Shown piece after piece: positions 18,907 through 28,823 of a stretch of DNA of 57,221 nt. The stretch's first letter is position 1. Each line of letters opens with the position of its first letter. The notes beneath the pieces were generated by a model. The model did no database searches and was not told where the DNA came from. It worked only from the letters and a program-made list of their open reading frames with translations. Source of the DNA: Phycisphaeraceae bacterium (GTDB lineage: Bacteria; Planctomycetota; Phycisphaerae; Phycisphaerales; Zrk34); the NCBI GenBank assembly GCA_040905565.1, contig JBBDRF010000010.1, positions 1-57,221 on the forward strand, given 5' to 3'. The translations under genes and the position numbers were made by a program.

Positions 18907-19857
18907 TCACATTCGGAAAAGGTGGGGACACTGCTTCGCGACCTCGTCAAAGCTCACTGCACCGTTGGCGGACAGGCGGCGTTGGAGGCGATATATCTTT
19001 AACGGGACGGGGCGGCGGTGTTTTAGGTTTCTGGGGATGTTGGCGTAGCCTCGCAGGAAGCCGAGGGCGGTGGCGAAGATGTGGCCGTTTCTGACGCCGT
19101 AGAGCATGCCTTTGAGGGTGTTGCCCAGTGCGTGAGCGGGGAGGTAGAGCATGGGGACGTTGTGCCAGGCATAGAGGATCTGGTTTCGTGGGCCGAGGGC
19201 GCGGATGCGGTTGCGGTTGCGGATCGGCGACGCGTGGTGATGGATCGGCGGCGCGGAGCCGAGGCGGATGACGTAGCCCGCCGCGAGCATGCGGATGGCG
19301 AGGTCACTTTCCTCGACGTGCATGAAAAAGCTCTCGCGGTAGCCGTTGACGTGCTGATACACATCCCGCCGAAACGCGATCATCCCCCCGAGGAACCGGC
19401 CACTGACGTAGCGACCCTCGGCATCGGGAGCGGCGGATTCGACCTGATCGTCGGTGTTCACATTGATGAACGGAATGGTGACAGCTCCGATACGCGGATG
19501 ATCGAAGGCGGCGATGGTTTGGGCGATGGTATCCGCTGAGGGCAGCCGACAATCGTCGTCCAGCGTCACCAGGTAATCGGTGGTGGCTAGTTCGGCCCCG
19601 CGGTTACGCCGATGCGTCGGGCCCTTCGCCTGCTCGCCGACCTCGACGCGCACCTGCGGATAACGCTGGCGGATCAGTTCACACGTGCCGTCGGCCGAGG
19701 CGTCGTCCATCACGAGCACCTCGACGGGGACGCTCTGCTGAAGGACCGAATCGAGCACCGCGATCAACTCGTGCTTGCGGTCACGCGTGGGGATGATGAC
19801 CGAAGCGACGGGCGGAGCCTTTAGATTATCGTTTGCCTCACTCGCAGCCAACAGCAT
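18907..19857 (-). CDS. Glycosyltransferase family 2
   Basis: VIIPTRDR; MDDASADGT; RNRG; LDDD; EESDL. Confidence 0.9.
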   Translation of the reverse strand: MLLAASEANDNLKAPPVASVIIPTRDRKHELIAVLDSVLQQSVPVEVLVMDDASADGTCELIRQRYPQVRVEVGEQAKGPTHRRNRGAELATTDYLVTLDDDCRLPSADTIAQTIAAFDHPRIGAVTIPFINVNTDDQVESAAPDAEGRYVSGRFLGGMIAFRRDVYQHVNGYRESFFMHVEESDLAIRMLAAGYVIRLGSAPPIHHHASPIRNRNRIRALGPRNQILYAWHNVPMLYLPAHALGNTLKGMLYGVRNGHIFATALGFLRGYANIPRNLKHRRPVPLKIYRLQRRLSANGAVSFDEVAKQCPHLFRM

Positions 19858-21022
19858 TCCTTTCCCCGGGAACGGACGCTTCACTGGCACCAGATTGGCT
19901 GAACATGCTCTGATAGATCGCGACGATCCTTTCGGCCATGCGGCGGCCTGTGAAGTCGTGCAGGGCGCGACGGCGGGCGTTGGCGGCGAGGCGAGTTCGC
20001 ATCGCAGAATCCGCGTGCAATCTCTCGATCGCAGCGGCAAGGGCGGGCGGATTGGACGGCGGCACCAGCAAGCCGTGCTCGCCGTCTTCGACCACCTCGG
20101 GGGCCCCGGCGATGTCGGTGCTCACGATCGGCAAATTCATCGCCATGGCTTCAAGGATAACGATCGGCATTCCCTCGCCCCCGGTTGAGGGCTGGCAGTA
20201 AACGTCCAGCCCCTGATAAAAAGCCTGCATGTCCGCGACCTTGCCGACCAACTCGACACGATCGCCCAACTCAAGCTCGGAAATGATCTGTTCGTATCGC
20301 GACCCAAGCCCGCCGGACCCTGCGATACGAAGCTCCACATCCACACCCCGATCCCGCAGCAATGCCACGGCTCTGATCAGAAATTCGTGCCCCTTCTCCT
20401 CGGACAGCCGCCCGGCACTGCCGACGATCAAAGGCCGACCCGCTGCACGCCCCGCCGAATCACTCGCCGCATCTGCCGTCTCAAAATCGCGAGCATCGAA
20501 CGCATTGGGAACCACAGGAATCTCGCCCCGAAGCCAGGGCAGATGCTCCTGCGTGTACGCCCGGCAGGCCTGCGACACGGCCACGAAGCGCGGCTGCCTG
20601 ATGTGAAATGCACGCCGCGTCATCTGACGAAGCATGCGATCACGCCACCCCGTGCCGGCGAGCCAGTCGCGGGTATCGTGAATGTGAACGAGCAGCTGCG
20701 GTGCCATCCCAGCCATCGCACTCGCGACAAGCCGAGCGGTCGGCCAAAGGTGCGCATGCACCACATCGGGCTGATATTCACGAATCTTCTGACGAAGCTT
20801 GCCGATCGTCCGCCACATGCCGCGCACATCTTTCAATGAGCCGTCGTAGCCGAGGAAGTCAACCCGACCCAGCCCCTCCAGCCGCTCGGGAAACGCGTTC
20901 TCCGTGCCCAGCACACAAAGCTGAATCTCCACCCCCAACTGCTGCTGCTCCCGCAACAACGTAAACAACACCCGCTCCATGCCGCCGGTACCGAGATGGC
21001 TGACAACGTGCAAAATCCGCAT
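19838..21022 (-). CDS. Glycosyltransferase family 4
   Basis: MRILHVVSHLGTGGMER; AGRLSEEKG; EGMPIVILEAMA. Confidence 0.9.
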   Translation of the reverse strand: MRILHVVSHLGTGGMERVLFTLLREQQQLGVEIQLCVLGTENAFPERLEGLGRVDFLGYDGSLKDVRGMWRTIGKLRQKIREYQPDVVHAHLWPTARLVASAMAGMAPQLLVHIHDTRDWLAGTGWRDRMLRQMTRRAFHIRQPRFVAVSQACRAYTQEHLPWLRGEIPVVPNAFDARDFETADAASDSAGRAAGRPLIVGSAGRLSEEKGHEFLIRAVALLRDRGVDVELRIAGSGGLGSRYEQIISELELGDRVELVGKVADMQAFYQGLDVYCQPSTGGEGMPIVILEAMAMNLPIVSTDIAGAPEVVEDGEHGLLVPPSNPPALAAAIERLHADSAMRTRLAANARRRALHDFTGRRMAERIVAIYQSMFSQSGASEASVPGERNAVGCE

Positions 21023-21024
21023 GA

Positions 21025-22335
21025 TCAATTTCCCTCTGCGGCACACCCGTCAAGCGTGCGAAATGTCTTCCGTGCGGCTTGCCGCGCGAGCACCCGATAA
21101 AGATCGCTGATACGTTCGGCTACCTGTTCCAGATCATGGTGACGATGGGCGACTTGACGGCAGGTATCCGCAATCGCTTGCCGATCGTCAGCCACGCGCT
21201 GGGCGTAAGCGGCCAGCACCTGCTGTGGCTCCGCCTCGTGAGGCGAAAGCACGAGGCCGACACCCTCCTCAGTGGCAATCCGGCTGCAATCGCCAATCTC
21301 CGGCCCCAGCACCACGGGCGTACCGGCGGCGAGGTACTCAGCAAACTTCACAGGACAACTCAGCCGATCCTCCAGACGCGGCGGCCGCCCCAATCCACGC
21401 GTGATAAGCCCCAGATCCGCTGCGGCGAGATATCGACCCACCTCGTGATAAGGCACCTGAACAACCGCAAAATCTCGCTCTGCAACCCCAGCAGCTCGCA
21501 ACGAAGCACGCATCTGATCCGGACTCGTGGTGACGCCCAGGAAGAACGCGTCGGGCATCTCACGCTGCAGCATCACGAACAATTCCACGCCACGCTCGTG
21601 CTGTTGCCATTCCCGCAGACTGCCGCAATAACAAACCACAAATCGACCCGCTGCACCGATCTGCTTTCGCACCGCGTCCCGATGGGCAGCATCCGCCTTG
21701 AATTGAGCCGCGTCGACCGGGTTCAGCACCACACGCAGCGTCCCCGCATCCACCTCACAACGCGGCTGCAACCACTCCGCCACGCTGGTAGCCACGCAAA
21801 TCACACCGTCGGCTTCCGTCGCCACACGCATCTCCATGTCGTAGATCGCCTGCGTCTCGGCATCCAAACTCTGCTCCAGTTCGTCGGCGTCGGGCAGCCC
21901 TCGCACCAGCAGATTCTCCGCGAAGGTGATCCCTCGCATATCAAAGATTACCCGCAGTTGCGGAAACCACTCCTTGAGCGCGAGTCCCATAGAAGCCGCA
22001 TATGGACCGCGACAATGAAGTACGAGCGGCTCAGCCCCGTCGCCGCAACGCCTTGCAACCCATCGGCGCACCACCCGAAGGTCCGACCACAACCACCGCG
22101 CCCGTGTCGGTGCCGAGGGGAGCAGCGTCATCGTGACACCGTAATGCTCCCTCGCTTCCTCGGTAAGCCGCTGCCACCGCTCGCGTCCGCTCCCTCGCAT
22201 CAACTGCCCGACCGGCGAAAGCACCGCCAGTTCAACCTCCACCCCACGACGCTGCAACGCTGCGATGGGCGCAAGCACCATCGAAGGAAACACCGCACTG
22301 AGCCCCTCCCGACACACTAAATAAAGCGTTTTCAT
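21025..22335 (-). CDS. Glycosyltransferase family 4
   Basis: FDMRG; YCGSLREWQ; SCPVKFAEYLAAGTPV. Confidence 0.85.
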   Translation of the reverse strand: MKTLYLVCREGLSAVFPSMVLAPIAALQRRGVEVELAVLSPVGQLMRGSGRERWQRLTEEAREHYGVTMTLLPSAPTRARWLWSDLRVVRRWVARRCGDGAEPLVLHCRGPYAASMGLALKEWFPQLRVIFDMRGITFAENLLVRGLPDADELEQSLDAETQAIYDMEMRVATEADGVICVATSVAEWLQPRCEVDAGTLRVVLNPVDAAQFKADAAHRDAVRKQIGAAGRFVVCYCGSLREWQQHERGVELFVMLQREMPDAFFLGVTTSPDQMRASLRAAGVAERDFAVVQVPYHEVGRYLAAADLGLITRGLGRPPRLEDRLSCPVKFAEYLAAGTPVVLGPEIGDCSRIATEEGVGLVLSPHEAEPQQVLAAYAQRVADDRQAIADTCRQVAHRHHDLEQVAERISDLYRVLARQAARKTFRTLDGCAAEGN

Positions 22336-22357
22336 ATAGCTTCTCTAAAACCTCGCC

Positions 22358-23287
22358 TCACACCATCCGCCGCTTCATCCCCACCAGTCGCTCCGTCGCC
22401 CGCGGCCCCAGCATCCGCCGTAGCCACCGGGCCGGGCCCTGGTACGCCGCGCTCAGTCCCCCGTCCGGATGCATCTTCCGTGCCTCCGCGAAGTACTTCG
22501 CCGCCCGGTCGGCATGGCCCTGCCTCAAATACGCCCGCGCATCGCTCGCCAGCAGCCCCGCAAACGCCCGCGCCCGCTCATCGCTCAGCTCCCCCCGTTC
22601 GCGTAGCCGTTCGTAAGCCGGCCAAAGAATCTTCACATGCTGATCAAGCACCTTCACCGAATCGCTGGAAACGCTTCCCGCCATCCGCCGCACCGTGTAA
22701 AGCACCGTCGGCAACTGATGAAACCGCAGCCCCGCACACGCCAACCGCAAATGAAGATCCCGCTCCTGCGAGCAGGGAAGATCCTCGCGAAACCCTCCCA
22801 CGGCTTCCAGATTCTCCCGCCGATGCAGCGGAGCCGACGTCTGCAACACACCCCGCAACACAAACCGCACCGCATCGCCCCCGTCATACCGTCGGCGATA
22901 CATCCCATCCATCGTGTTCGTCGGATCATCACACTGCCCGAAGCAGCAGACCATATCCGCCCCGGATCGCTCAAGCTCCGCCACCTGCCTCTCCAGCTTC
23001 TCCGGATGCAAAAGATCGTCCGCGTCGAGGAACTGGATCAGTTCCCCCTTCGCCATGGCGATCCCCCGATTCCTCGCCGCACACGCCCCACGATTCGGCC
23101 CCGTCTCCCAGCGAATCCGATCCCCAAACGACTCAAGCACCCCCACCGACCCATCCGTCGACCCGTCATCAATCACAATCACCTCAACAGCCGAATACGA
23201 CTGCCCAAGCGCACTCTCAATAGCCTCCCCAACAAACGCTTCAGAGTTGTAACAGGGAATGATGATGGAAGTGAGAGGCTGTGTCAT
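22358..23287 (-). CDS. Glycosyltransferase family 2
   Basis: SIIIPCYN; IDDGSTD; NRGACAARN; FLDADD. ATG 23287 overlaps the upstream stop (ATGA). Confidence 0.9.
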   Translation of the reverse strand: MTQPLTSIIIPCYNSEAFVGEAIESALGQSYSAVEVIVIDDGSTDGSVGVLESFGDRIRWETGPNRGACAARNRGIAMAKGELIQFLDADDLLHPEKLERQVAELERSGADMVCCFGQCDDPTNTMDGMYRRRYDGGDAVRFVLRGVLQTSAPLHRRENLEAVGGFREDLPCSQERDLHLRLACAGLRFHQLPTVLYTVRRMAGSVSSDSVKVLDQHVKILWPAYERLRERGELSDERARAFAGLLASDARAYLRQGHADRAAKYFAEARKMHPDGGLSAAYQGPARWLRRMLGPRATERLVGMKRRMV

Positions 23288-24300
23288 GCTTGATTCGTAG
23301 CCTCTGCTTTGGCGGGTGGTCGGAGCATGGCCCGCAATCGCGAACCGCCCATCGCGCGTGCTGTGTGTTTCCAGAACCTTCTGCTTTGCAGGCACACCGG
23401 ATGTTCCTGCGCCAGTCGGCCAAGGAACCGAAGATCGCCGCTGAAGCCCATACATTCCCCCCGTTCCGCAGCCGTCATCTGCTTCCACGCATGAAACTGC
23501 CCCATGGCCAGCTTTTGCCGATAGTACGCCGATAGCTTTTGTTGTGCCGCCCACCTGCTGAGCACCTGCCACATCAGCAAGCCGTACTTGCGATGCTCAC
23601 TACGCTGCTGCACGATGCGATTATCGCCATGCAAACGACGCATCGCGACGGCACGATCGATCGCCCCAGGGTACAGCTTGCCGATCGCGGCCATCTTGAT
23701 CCAAAGCGCGAAGTCCTGTGCCATCCGCAATTCCGCGTCGAACATTCCCGTCCGTTCAAAAAACTCACGGCGGACAACAATTCCGTTGGTATGGAACGAG
23801 CCGAGGTTGCCGGTGATCGCTTCGAACAGTTCGTCCGGTGCCACCCGTTTGCGGACAGTTGAAAGTTCCCCTCGGCCCCGGTCTGCCCACCACTGCCGCA
23901 TTTCGTCGGATTCGAAGTGCGTGCCCACCGCATCGTAAATGCCGTCGGCGTCGGGGTGCTCGGCCAACACGTTCGCGACCGCTTGGAAACGTCCGGGCAA
24001 GTAGTAATCGTCAGCATCCAGAAACGCCACCCAGTCCTGCGTCGCCTCACGCACGCCTACGTTCCGCGTCTCAGCCGCCCCGCGATTCTCACCATTGGGA
24101 TGCCGAAGCAATTGAACCCGCTCCGACTCCGCCGCCAGCGCCTCGCACTTAGCAAGCGAACCATCCGTCGAACCATCCTCCACCAGCAGCACCTCCACCA
24201 CCTCAGCCTGCTCCAAAGCCGAACCCACCGCCTGCTCAACAAACGCTTCCGCGTTGTAGACGGGAATGATGACAGTGATTTGAAGGTAAGGTTCGCTCAA
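23284..24300 (-). CDS. Glycosyltransferase family 2
   Basis: VIIPVYNAE; EDGSTD; NRGAAETRN; FLDADD. Confidence 0.9.
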   Translation of the reverse strand: MSEPYLQITVIIPVYNAEAFVEQAVGSALEQAEVVEVLLVEDGSTDGSLAKCEALAAESERVQLLRHPNGENRGAAETRNVGVREATQDWVAFLDADDYYLPGRFQAVANVLAEHPDADGIYDAVGTHFESDEMRQWWADRGRGELSTVRKRVAPDELFEAITGNLGSFHTNGIVVRREFFERTGMFDAELRMAQDFALWIKMAAIGKLYPGAIDRAVAMRRLHGDNRIVQQRSEHRKYGLLMWQVLSRWAAQQKLSAYYRQKLAMGQFHAWKQMTAAERGECMGFSGDLRFLGRLAQEHPVCLQSRRFWKHTARAMGGSRLRAMLRPPAKAEATNQA

Positions 24301-25520
24301 GATTCCAGCACACCTGCAACTTCCAAGAACGTTCGATCGATATCGTTTCGAATCCCCTTTAGCCGCTGCTCAAGTATCCCTACCGTCGCTTGCCTTTGTT
24401 TCCATGCGTCTTCGACCAGTTGAACAACTCGTTCCCTGTTGATGCCTTCCCGACTGACAACAAATCCATCCAGGCCACAGTCCCGGAACAAGCCCTCATA
24501 CTTGTGCGACCAAGCGATCGCCACTGCCGGGATGGCTTGTGACAGCGCTGCAATCAATGCATGGAATCGAGACCCCACCATAAAACTGCATCGCCCTACG
24601 ATTCCCTTAATCTGTTCTGCCGATAGCACCCCGTCCAGCACCAGTGGGGCCTGTAGCCCGTCGGCGACCAATCGGCAGAGTCCGCGATCATCGTCCTCCG
24701 CCTGCTTGGAGGGGTAAATCTCGTGCGGCACAAGCACCACACGGCATCCCTTGCCTTCGAAGAACCGGCCCACCTCACGCAGTGCCTGGATATAGATATT
24801 CTCCTCGCCTTCCCCAGCCGTGCGCTCAAACACCTTTTGATTGGGTGCGATGCCTATGAGCGGCGTATCCCCTCCATGTCCCTGATCGGCGAGCCACGTG
24901 CGGGCGAAAGCCTCGTCCGCACCACTGAACTGGAAAGCAATGTCAGGACGCAACGGTATCTCGCGTTCGACGCCCGGCAAGGCGGTGAGATATTGCTGGC
25001 TTTCCTCATCACGTGCGTAGACAAGTGCCGCACCGTTCACGATCGCGGCGTAGTGCCTGTGGTCGCCCGCTTTATCAAACGGCCCCCACGCCTGGGGCAT
25101 GAACACGTAAGGCACACCACGCCGGCGCGCAAACGTGATGTATTCGTTCGCCTGAATGGATTTGGCGGGCCCCCAGGTATCACCATAAGCGAAGCCCGCC
25201 ACGTCGATGATCGCGTCAACCTGCTCGACAACCCGCTGAATACGCATCCACTGCCGATTCTGAAGCCGACCGCGCGCATGAGTAGGATCGCTTGCCATCA
25301 TGCACCCCGCCCGCCAGGCTTTCTGCCAGCGTGTCAGGTTTTCATCTGCACGCGACAGCCCGGCACGATCTACTTGATCACTCGTGCCTGCGAAGACCGA
25401 TTCGGAGGCTATGAAAAACTCCGCTTGTGGCAATCGCTGCCCCAACTCCCGCTGGACGGTACGAATCATCGCCTCCGCCCCCTTGTTCACAAACTGCCCT
25501 CGCCGAATTAAGATACGCAC
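24297..25520 (-). CDS. Polysaccharide pyruvyl transferase family protein (WcaK-like)
   Basis: NKGAEAM; PQAWGPF; YARDEES; PDIAF; GSRFHALI; WSHKY. GTG 25520 has AGGAG upstream. Confidence 0.9.
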   Translation of the reverse strand: MRILIRRGQFVNKGAEAMIRTVQRELGQRLPQAEFFIASESVFAGTSDQVDRAGLSRADENLTRWQKAWRAGCMMASDPTHARGRLQNRQWMRIQRVVEQVDAIIDVAGFAYGDTWGPAKSIQANEYITFARRRGVPYVFMPQAWGPFDKAGDHRHYAAIVNGAALVYARDEESQQYLTALPGVEREIPLRPDIAFQFSGADEAFARTWLADQGHGGDTPLIGIAPNQKVFERTAGEGEENIYIQALREVGRFFEGKGCRVVLVPHEIYPSKQAEDDDRGLCRLVADGLQAPLVLDGVLSAEQIKGIVGRCSFMVGSRFHALIAALSQAIPAVAIAWSHKYEGLFRDCGLDGFVVSREGINRERVVQLVEDAWKQRQATVGILEQRLKGIRNDIDRTFLEVAGVLES

Positions 25521-26959
25521 TGAAGAACTCTCCTGATGACTCCGCGCAGTCGTCGGCGTAAAGTACGCTTCTGCTGCTCGACCGGGTTGATCGGGACGGT
25601 GAGTAGAATGGGCCACATACGCTGGATCAAATCGTGCTGATGTTCGCCCCGTTGGCGCAGGTCGCCATCGAGGGACAGCAATAGGCGGTAAATCCCAACA
25701 CTATTCACCGGAGGCACATGCTCAACGGGAAGCAGGTCCAGTGCCTGCTCAATAGCGGCGTACCAACCCGCAAGACGCTGCTCGAGGTGAAAGCGATCGG
25801 TCCATTCCAACCCCGTCACAGGATTAGCCTGCGCCCAATCCAGCCACTCGGCTAACGATGATGCCACTTCCGCTTCCGGGGAAAGATCGAATCGTCGCAG
25901 CATTGCCTGGAAGCCTTCAACAACTGGAGCTTCCCAGAAACGAATTGCATAACCGCGGCGTGCGACCTCGAAGCAGTTCCCTCGTAGCAGGATGCCGGAG
26001 TCGATTCCTCGGTACTGATCGTTGACAAACGTCTCCCGCACAATCGTTGCGTACGTCCTGTGGGTGAACCCGTCGTAGAGTTGTTGACGCGCAAGGTCAG
26101 GTTCGGAAGCGTCAATGAACCGGTAGGGCACTTCTGCCGCTCGTGCCACTTGCTCGGGAACCACACGATCGTGCGGGTGCATTTTGGCATGGGCTTGCGT
26201 GAAACACTGCACGTCGCAACCCGCCGCTTTCGCAGCCGCAAGCAGCACGCGCGAGTCCATCCCCGCTGTCAGCGGCAGGTGCACCGTCGACCAGTTGCTT
26301 TTTACAAAGCCAAAGAATGTGATCAGCCGTTCCTGCAGCGCCTGGACCACCTCTTCGTACGGTCGTGGCTCGATAGGCTGGGCGTAGTTGCTGAACGTGG
26401 GTTTGCGGGTTTCCAGCGAGAGCGACTGTGTCGGAAGGAGTTGCCGAACATTCGCGAAACGGCTCCGAGGAAGGGGATACCATTCGATGGACCGCTGATG
26501 ATAAAAATCCTCAGGGAATTCGTCTCCCACCTTTTCCCCCGCCAATGCCGCAAGTAACGCAAGACTCGAAGAAGCCCACACCCCGCGCGATGACTGGCCT
26601 TCTGCGAGGAAAAGACATCGCAGCAATGCTGCAGCATCGGGCAGCACCGCCCCATCGCCAATTAAGAGCCACCGCCCCGACCAGTCATTGCTCAACGCGC
26701 TAACCTCGGCCGAAGCGCACTGGGTGACGGCGCGACCCGCGTCGAAATCAGTGCCCACTGTCGGTATCGCAGTGCCCAGCAGATACCACCGCGTACCCTC
26801 GGCATCGATACAACACTCAACCCGCAGTGCCGGACAGTGGTGCAAGAAGCACCCCGAGCCGACTTCCACGACCTCCGCTCCGTCCCAAGCCGGCGTTCCA
26901 TCTGTGCTCAGCACATACTGACGCCGCGTTAAATCGGTAATATTTGGGGAACAATTCAT
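25508..26959 (-). CDS. Asparagine-synthetase-related ATP pyrophosphatase (putative amidoligase)
   Basis: PP-loop-like LPLTAGMDSR in the C-terminal half; no clear Ntn glutaminase N-terminal Cys. Confidence 0.65.
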   Translation of the reverse strand: MNCSPNITDLTRRQYVLSTDGTPAWDGAEVVEVGSGCFLHHCPALRVECCIDAEGTRWYLLGTAIPTVGTDFDAGRAVTQCASAEVSALSNDWSGRWLLIGDGAVLPDAAALLRCLFLAEGQSSRGVWASSSLALLAALAGEKVGDEFPEDFYHQRSIEWYPLPRSRFANVRQLLPTQSLSLETRKPTFSNYAQPIEPRPYEEVVQALQERLITFFGFVKSNWSTVHLPLTAGMDSRVLLAAAKAAGCDVQCFTQAHAKMHPHDRVVPEQVARAAEVPYRFIDASEPDLARQQLYDGFTHRTYATIVRETFVNDQYRGIDSGILLRGNCFEVARRGYAIRFWEAPVVEGFQAMLRRFDLSPEAEVASSLAEWLDWAQANPVTGLEWTDRFHLEQRLAGWYAAIEQALDLLPVEHVPPVNSVGIYRLLLSLDGDLRQRGEHQHDLIQRMWPILLTVPINPVEQQKRTLRRRLRGVIRRVLQCVS

Positions 26960-26974
26960 AGGCAAGTTCGGCGT

Positions 26975-28819
26975 CTACCCCGCCATGGCGCGGAGGGTTG
27001 CGTTTTTGTCGACGATTTCCGCGTAGCTGCCGCTGGTTTCGATTTGGCCGTCTTTCATGCAGTAGAGGACGTCGCATTCGCTTACGGTGCTCAGGCGGTG
27101 GGCGATCATGATGATGGTTCGCGTGCCTTTGAGTTTGTTGACGGCTTCGATGACGGACTTTTCGGTGGCGTTGTCCAGGGCCGACGTGGCTTCATCCATG
27201 ACCAGGACGTCGGGGTTCTGGTAGAGGGCTCGGGCGATGCCGATGCGTTGGCGTTGGCCTCCTGAGAGGCGGACGCCGCGTTCGCCGACGATGGTGTCCA
27301 GCTTGCCGGGCAGGCGGTCGACAAGCTCGGTGAGCTGAGCGGCGGCGACGGCCTGAGTGATGCGGTCCTCGTCGATATCCTTATCGTCCAGTCCCAGCGC
27401 GATGTTGCGGCGGATGGTGTCGTCGGTGAGGTAGATGAACTGCGGGATGTAGCCGACGTGCCGTTGCCAGGTGGCCAGGTCGTGCTGAATGTCGCGGCCG
27501 TCGACACGGATCTCCCCACGCTCGGGCTTGAGCAGGCCGAGGATGACGTCGACGATCGTCGTCTTGCCCGCCCCGGTGGGGCCCACGAACGCCACAGCCT
27601 GCCCGCGGGGAATCGTCAGCGTGACATCCTTCAGCGAATAATCCGACGCACCGGGATAGCGATACCAGATGTTTGTGAGCGCGAGATCATTCACGTGGGC
27701 AGGCTCGGCGGGATCGGGCGGGGTGTCGGCGTGCTTGAGACTGCGGTAGGGGCTGCTGGGGAAGTCCAGCAGTTTGAGATCGTCGAAGACGGGGTCGATG
27801 GAGACGACTTTGTAGCGGAGTTCGGTGACGCTGCCGACGATGCCGCCGACGCCCGAACGCAGACGCACCAGCGCGGCGGCGAACAGGGCAAGCGTCGGGG
27901 CGATGATCTGCATGTCGCGCCCCATGACCACGAGCAGGATGGTGATGGTCAGCAGCCCGCCGACGGCGACGAATTCCATGTACGGCGTGGTGATGCCGCT
28001 GATCACTTTGTTGTACCGCTCGGCGATCATCATGCGGTGCAGACTGCGACGGAGGCTTTCCACGAAGAAGTTTTCGCGCCTAAGGATGCGTGCTTCTTTT
28101 AGACTGCCGAGCCCCTGCTGAACGGCCTTCATGTTGAGCGTGCGATGGTGCTGGGCTTCCTGGCCGTAGGCTTTGATCTTCTGGCGGACGCGATACTGGT
28201 AGCCGAAGCCGGCGACGCCCATCAGCGTGATGGCGACGAGAGCCATGAGCGGTTCGGACAGCAGCAGCAGGGCCACGATGCCGAGCGTCATCAGCACGTG
28301 CAGCACAAGATTCAGGAACGGGGTGAGGACGCCGGTGACGATCGTCATCACCTCTTTTTGCGTGTTGCGAAGCAGCTCGGCAGTGTTGCGGCCGAGGTGG
28401 AATTCGTACGGCGCGTTCATGTACGCCTGGAAGAGGCGGTGCGTGAGCTTGAGTTGGCGGTTCTGCGTGTAGCGTGCTTTGAAGTAGATAAGCAGGCAAT
28501 TGTAGATGGTTTTGATCAGGTAGATCAGCAGCATAGTGGCGCAGCCGACGATGATGAGGCTGCGTGCGGTGGTGATGCCGAGGTAGGTCAGCGCGGGTTC
28601 GACGGTCTCGTGCTGCAGGATGTTTTCCGGATCCATCGCGAGGGAGATGAACACGGGGATCGCGCCGATGCTGATGGCTTCGAGGGCGGCGGCGCCGATC
28701 ATGGCGAGCAGCAGGACGCCGAAGCCGATCTTTTCGCGGCGGTTGAACAGTTGCCGCAGCTTGTTGAACGACGCGGCGAGGCCGTCGACGTTTTTCTTTT
28801 TGCGTTTATTGCGTGTCAT
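26975..28819 (-). CDS. ABC transporter, fused permease/ATPase (PglK/HepA/MsbA-like glycolipid flippase)
   Basis: Six TM-like segments; GPTGAGKT; LSGGQRQR; VMDEATSALD; IAHRL. Confidence 0.9.
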   Translation of the reverse strand: MTRNKRKKKNVDGLAASFNKLRQLFNRREKIGFGVLLLAMIGAAALEAISIGAIPVFISLAMDPENILQHETVEPALTYLGITTARSLIIVGCATMLLIYLIKTIYNCLLIYFKARYTQNRQLKLTHRLFQAYMNAPYEFHLGRNTAELLRNTQKEVMTIVTGVLTPFLNLVLHVLMTLGIVALLLLSEPLMALVAITLMGVAGFGYQYRVRQKIKAYGQEAQHHRTLNMKAVQQGLGSLKEARILRRENFFVESLRRSLHRMMIAERYNKVISGITTPYMEFVAVGGLLTITILLVVMGRDMQIIAPTLALFAAALVRLRSGVGGIVGSVTELRYKVVSIDPVFDDLKLLDFPSSPYRSLKHADTPPDPAEPAHVNDLALTNIWYRYPGASDYSLKDVTLTIPRGQAVAFVGPTGAGKTTIVDVILGLLKPERGEIRVDGRDIQHDLATWQRHVGYIPQFIYLTDDTIRRNIALGLDDKDIDEDRITQAVAAAQLTELVDRLPGKLDTIVGERGVRLSGGQRQRIGIARALYQNPDVLVMDEATSALDNATEKSVIEAVNKLKGTRTIIMIAHRLSTVSECDVLYCMKDGQIETSGSYAEIVDKNATLRAMAG

Positions 28820-28823
28820 GAGC

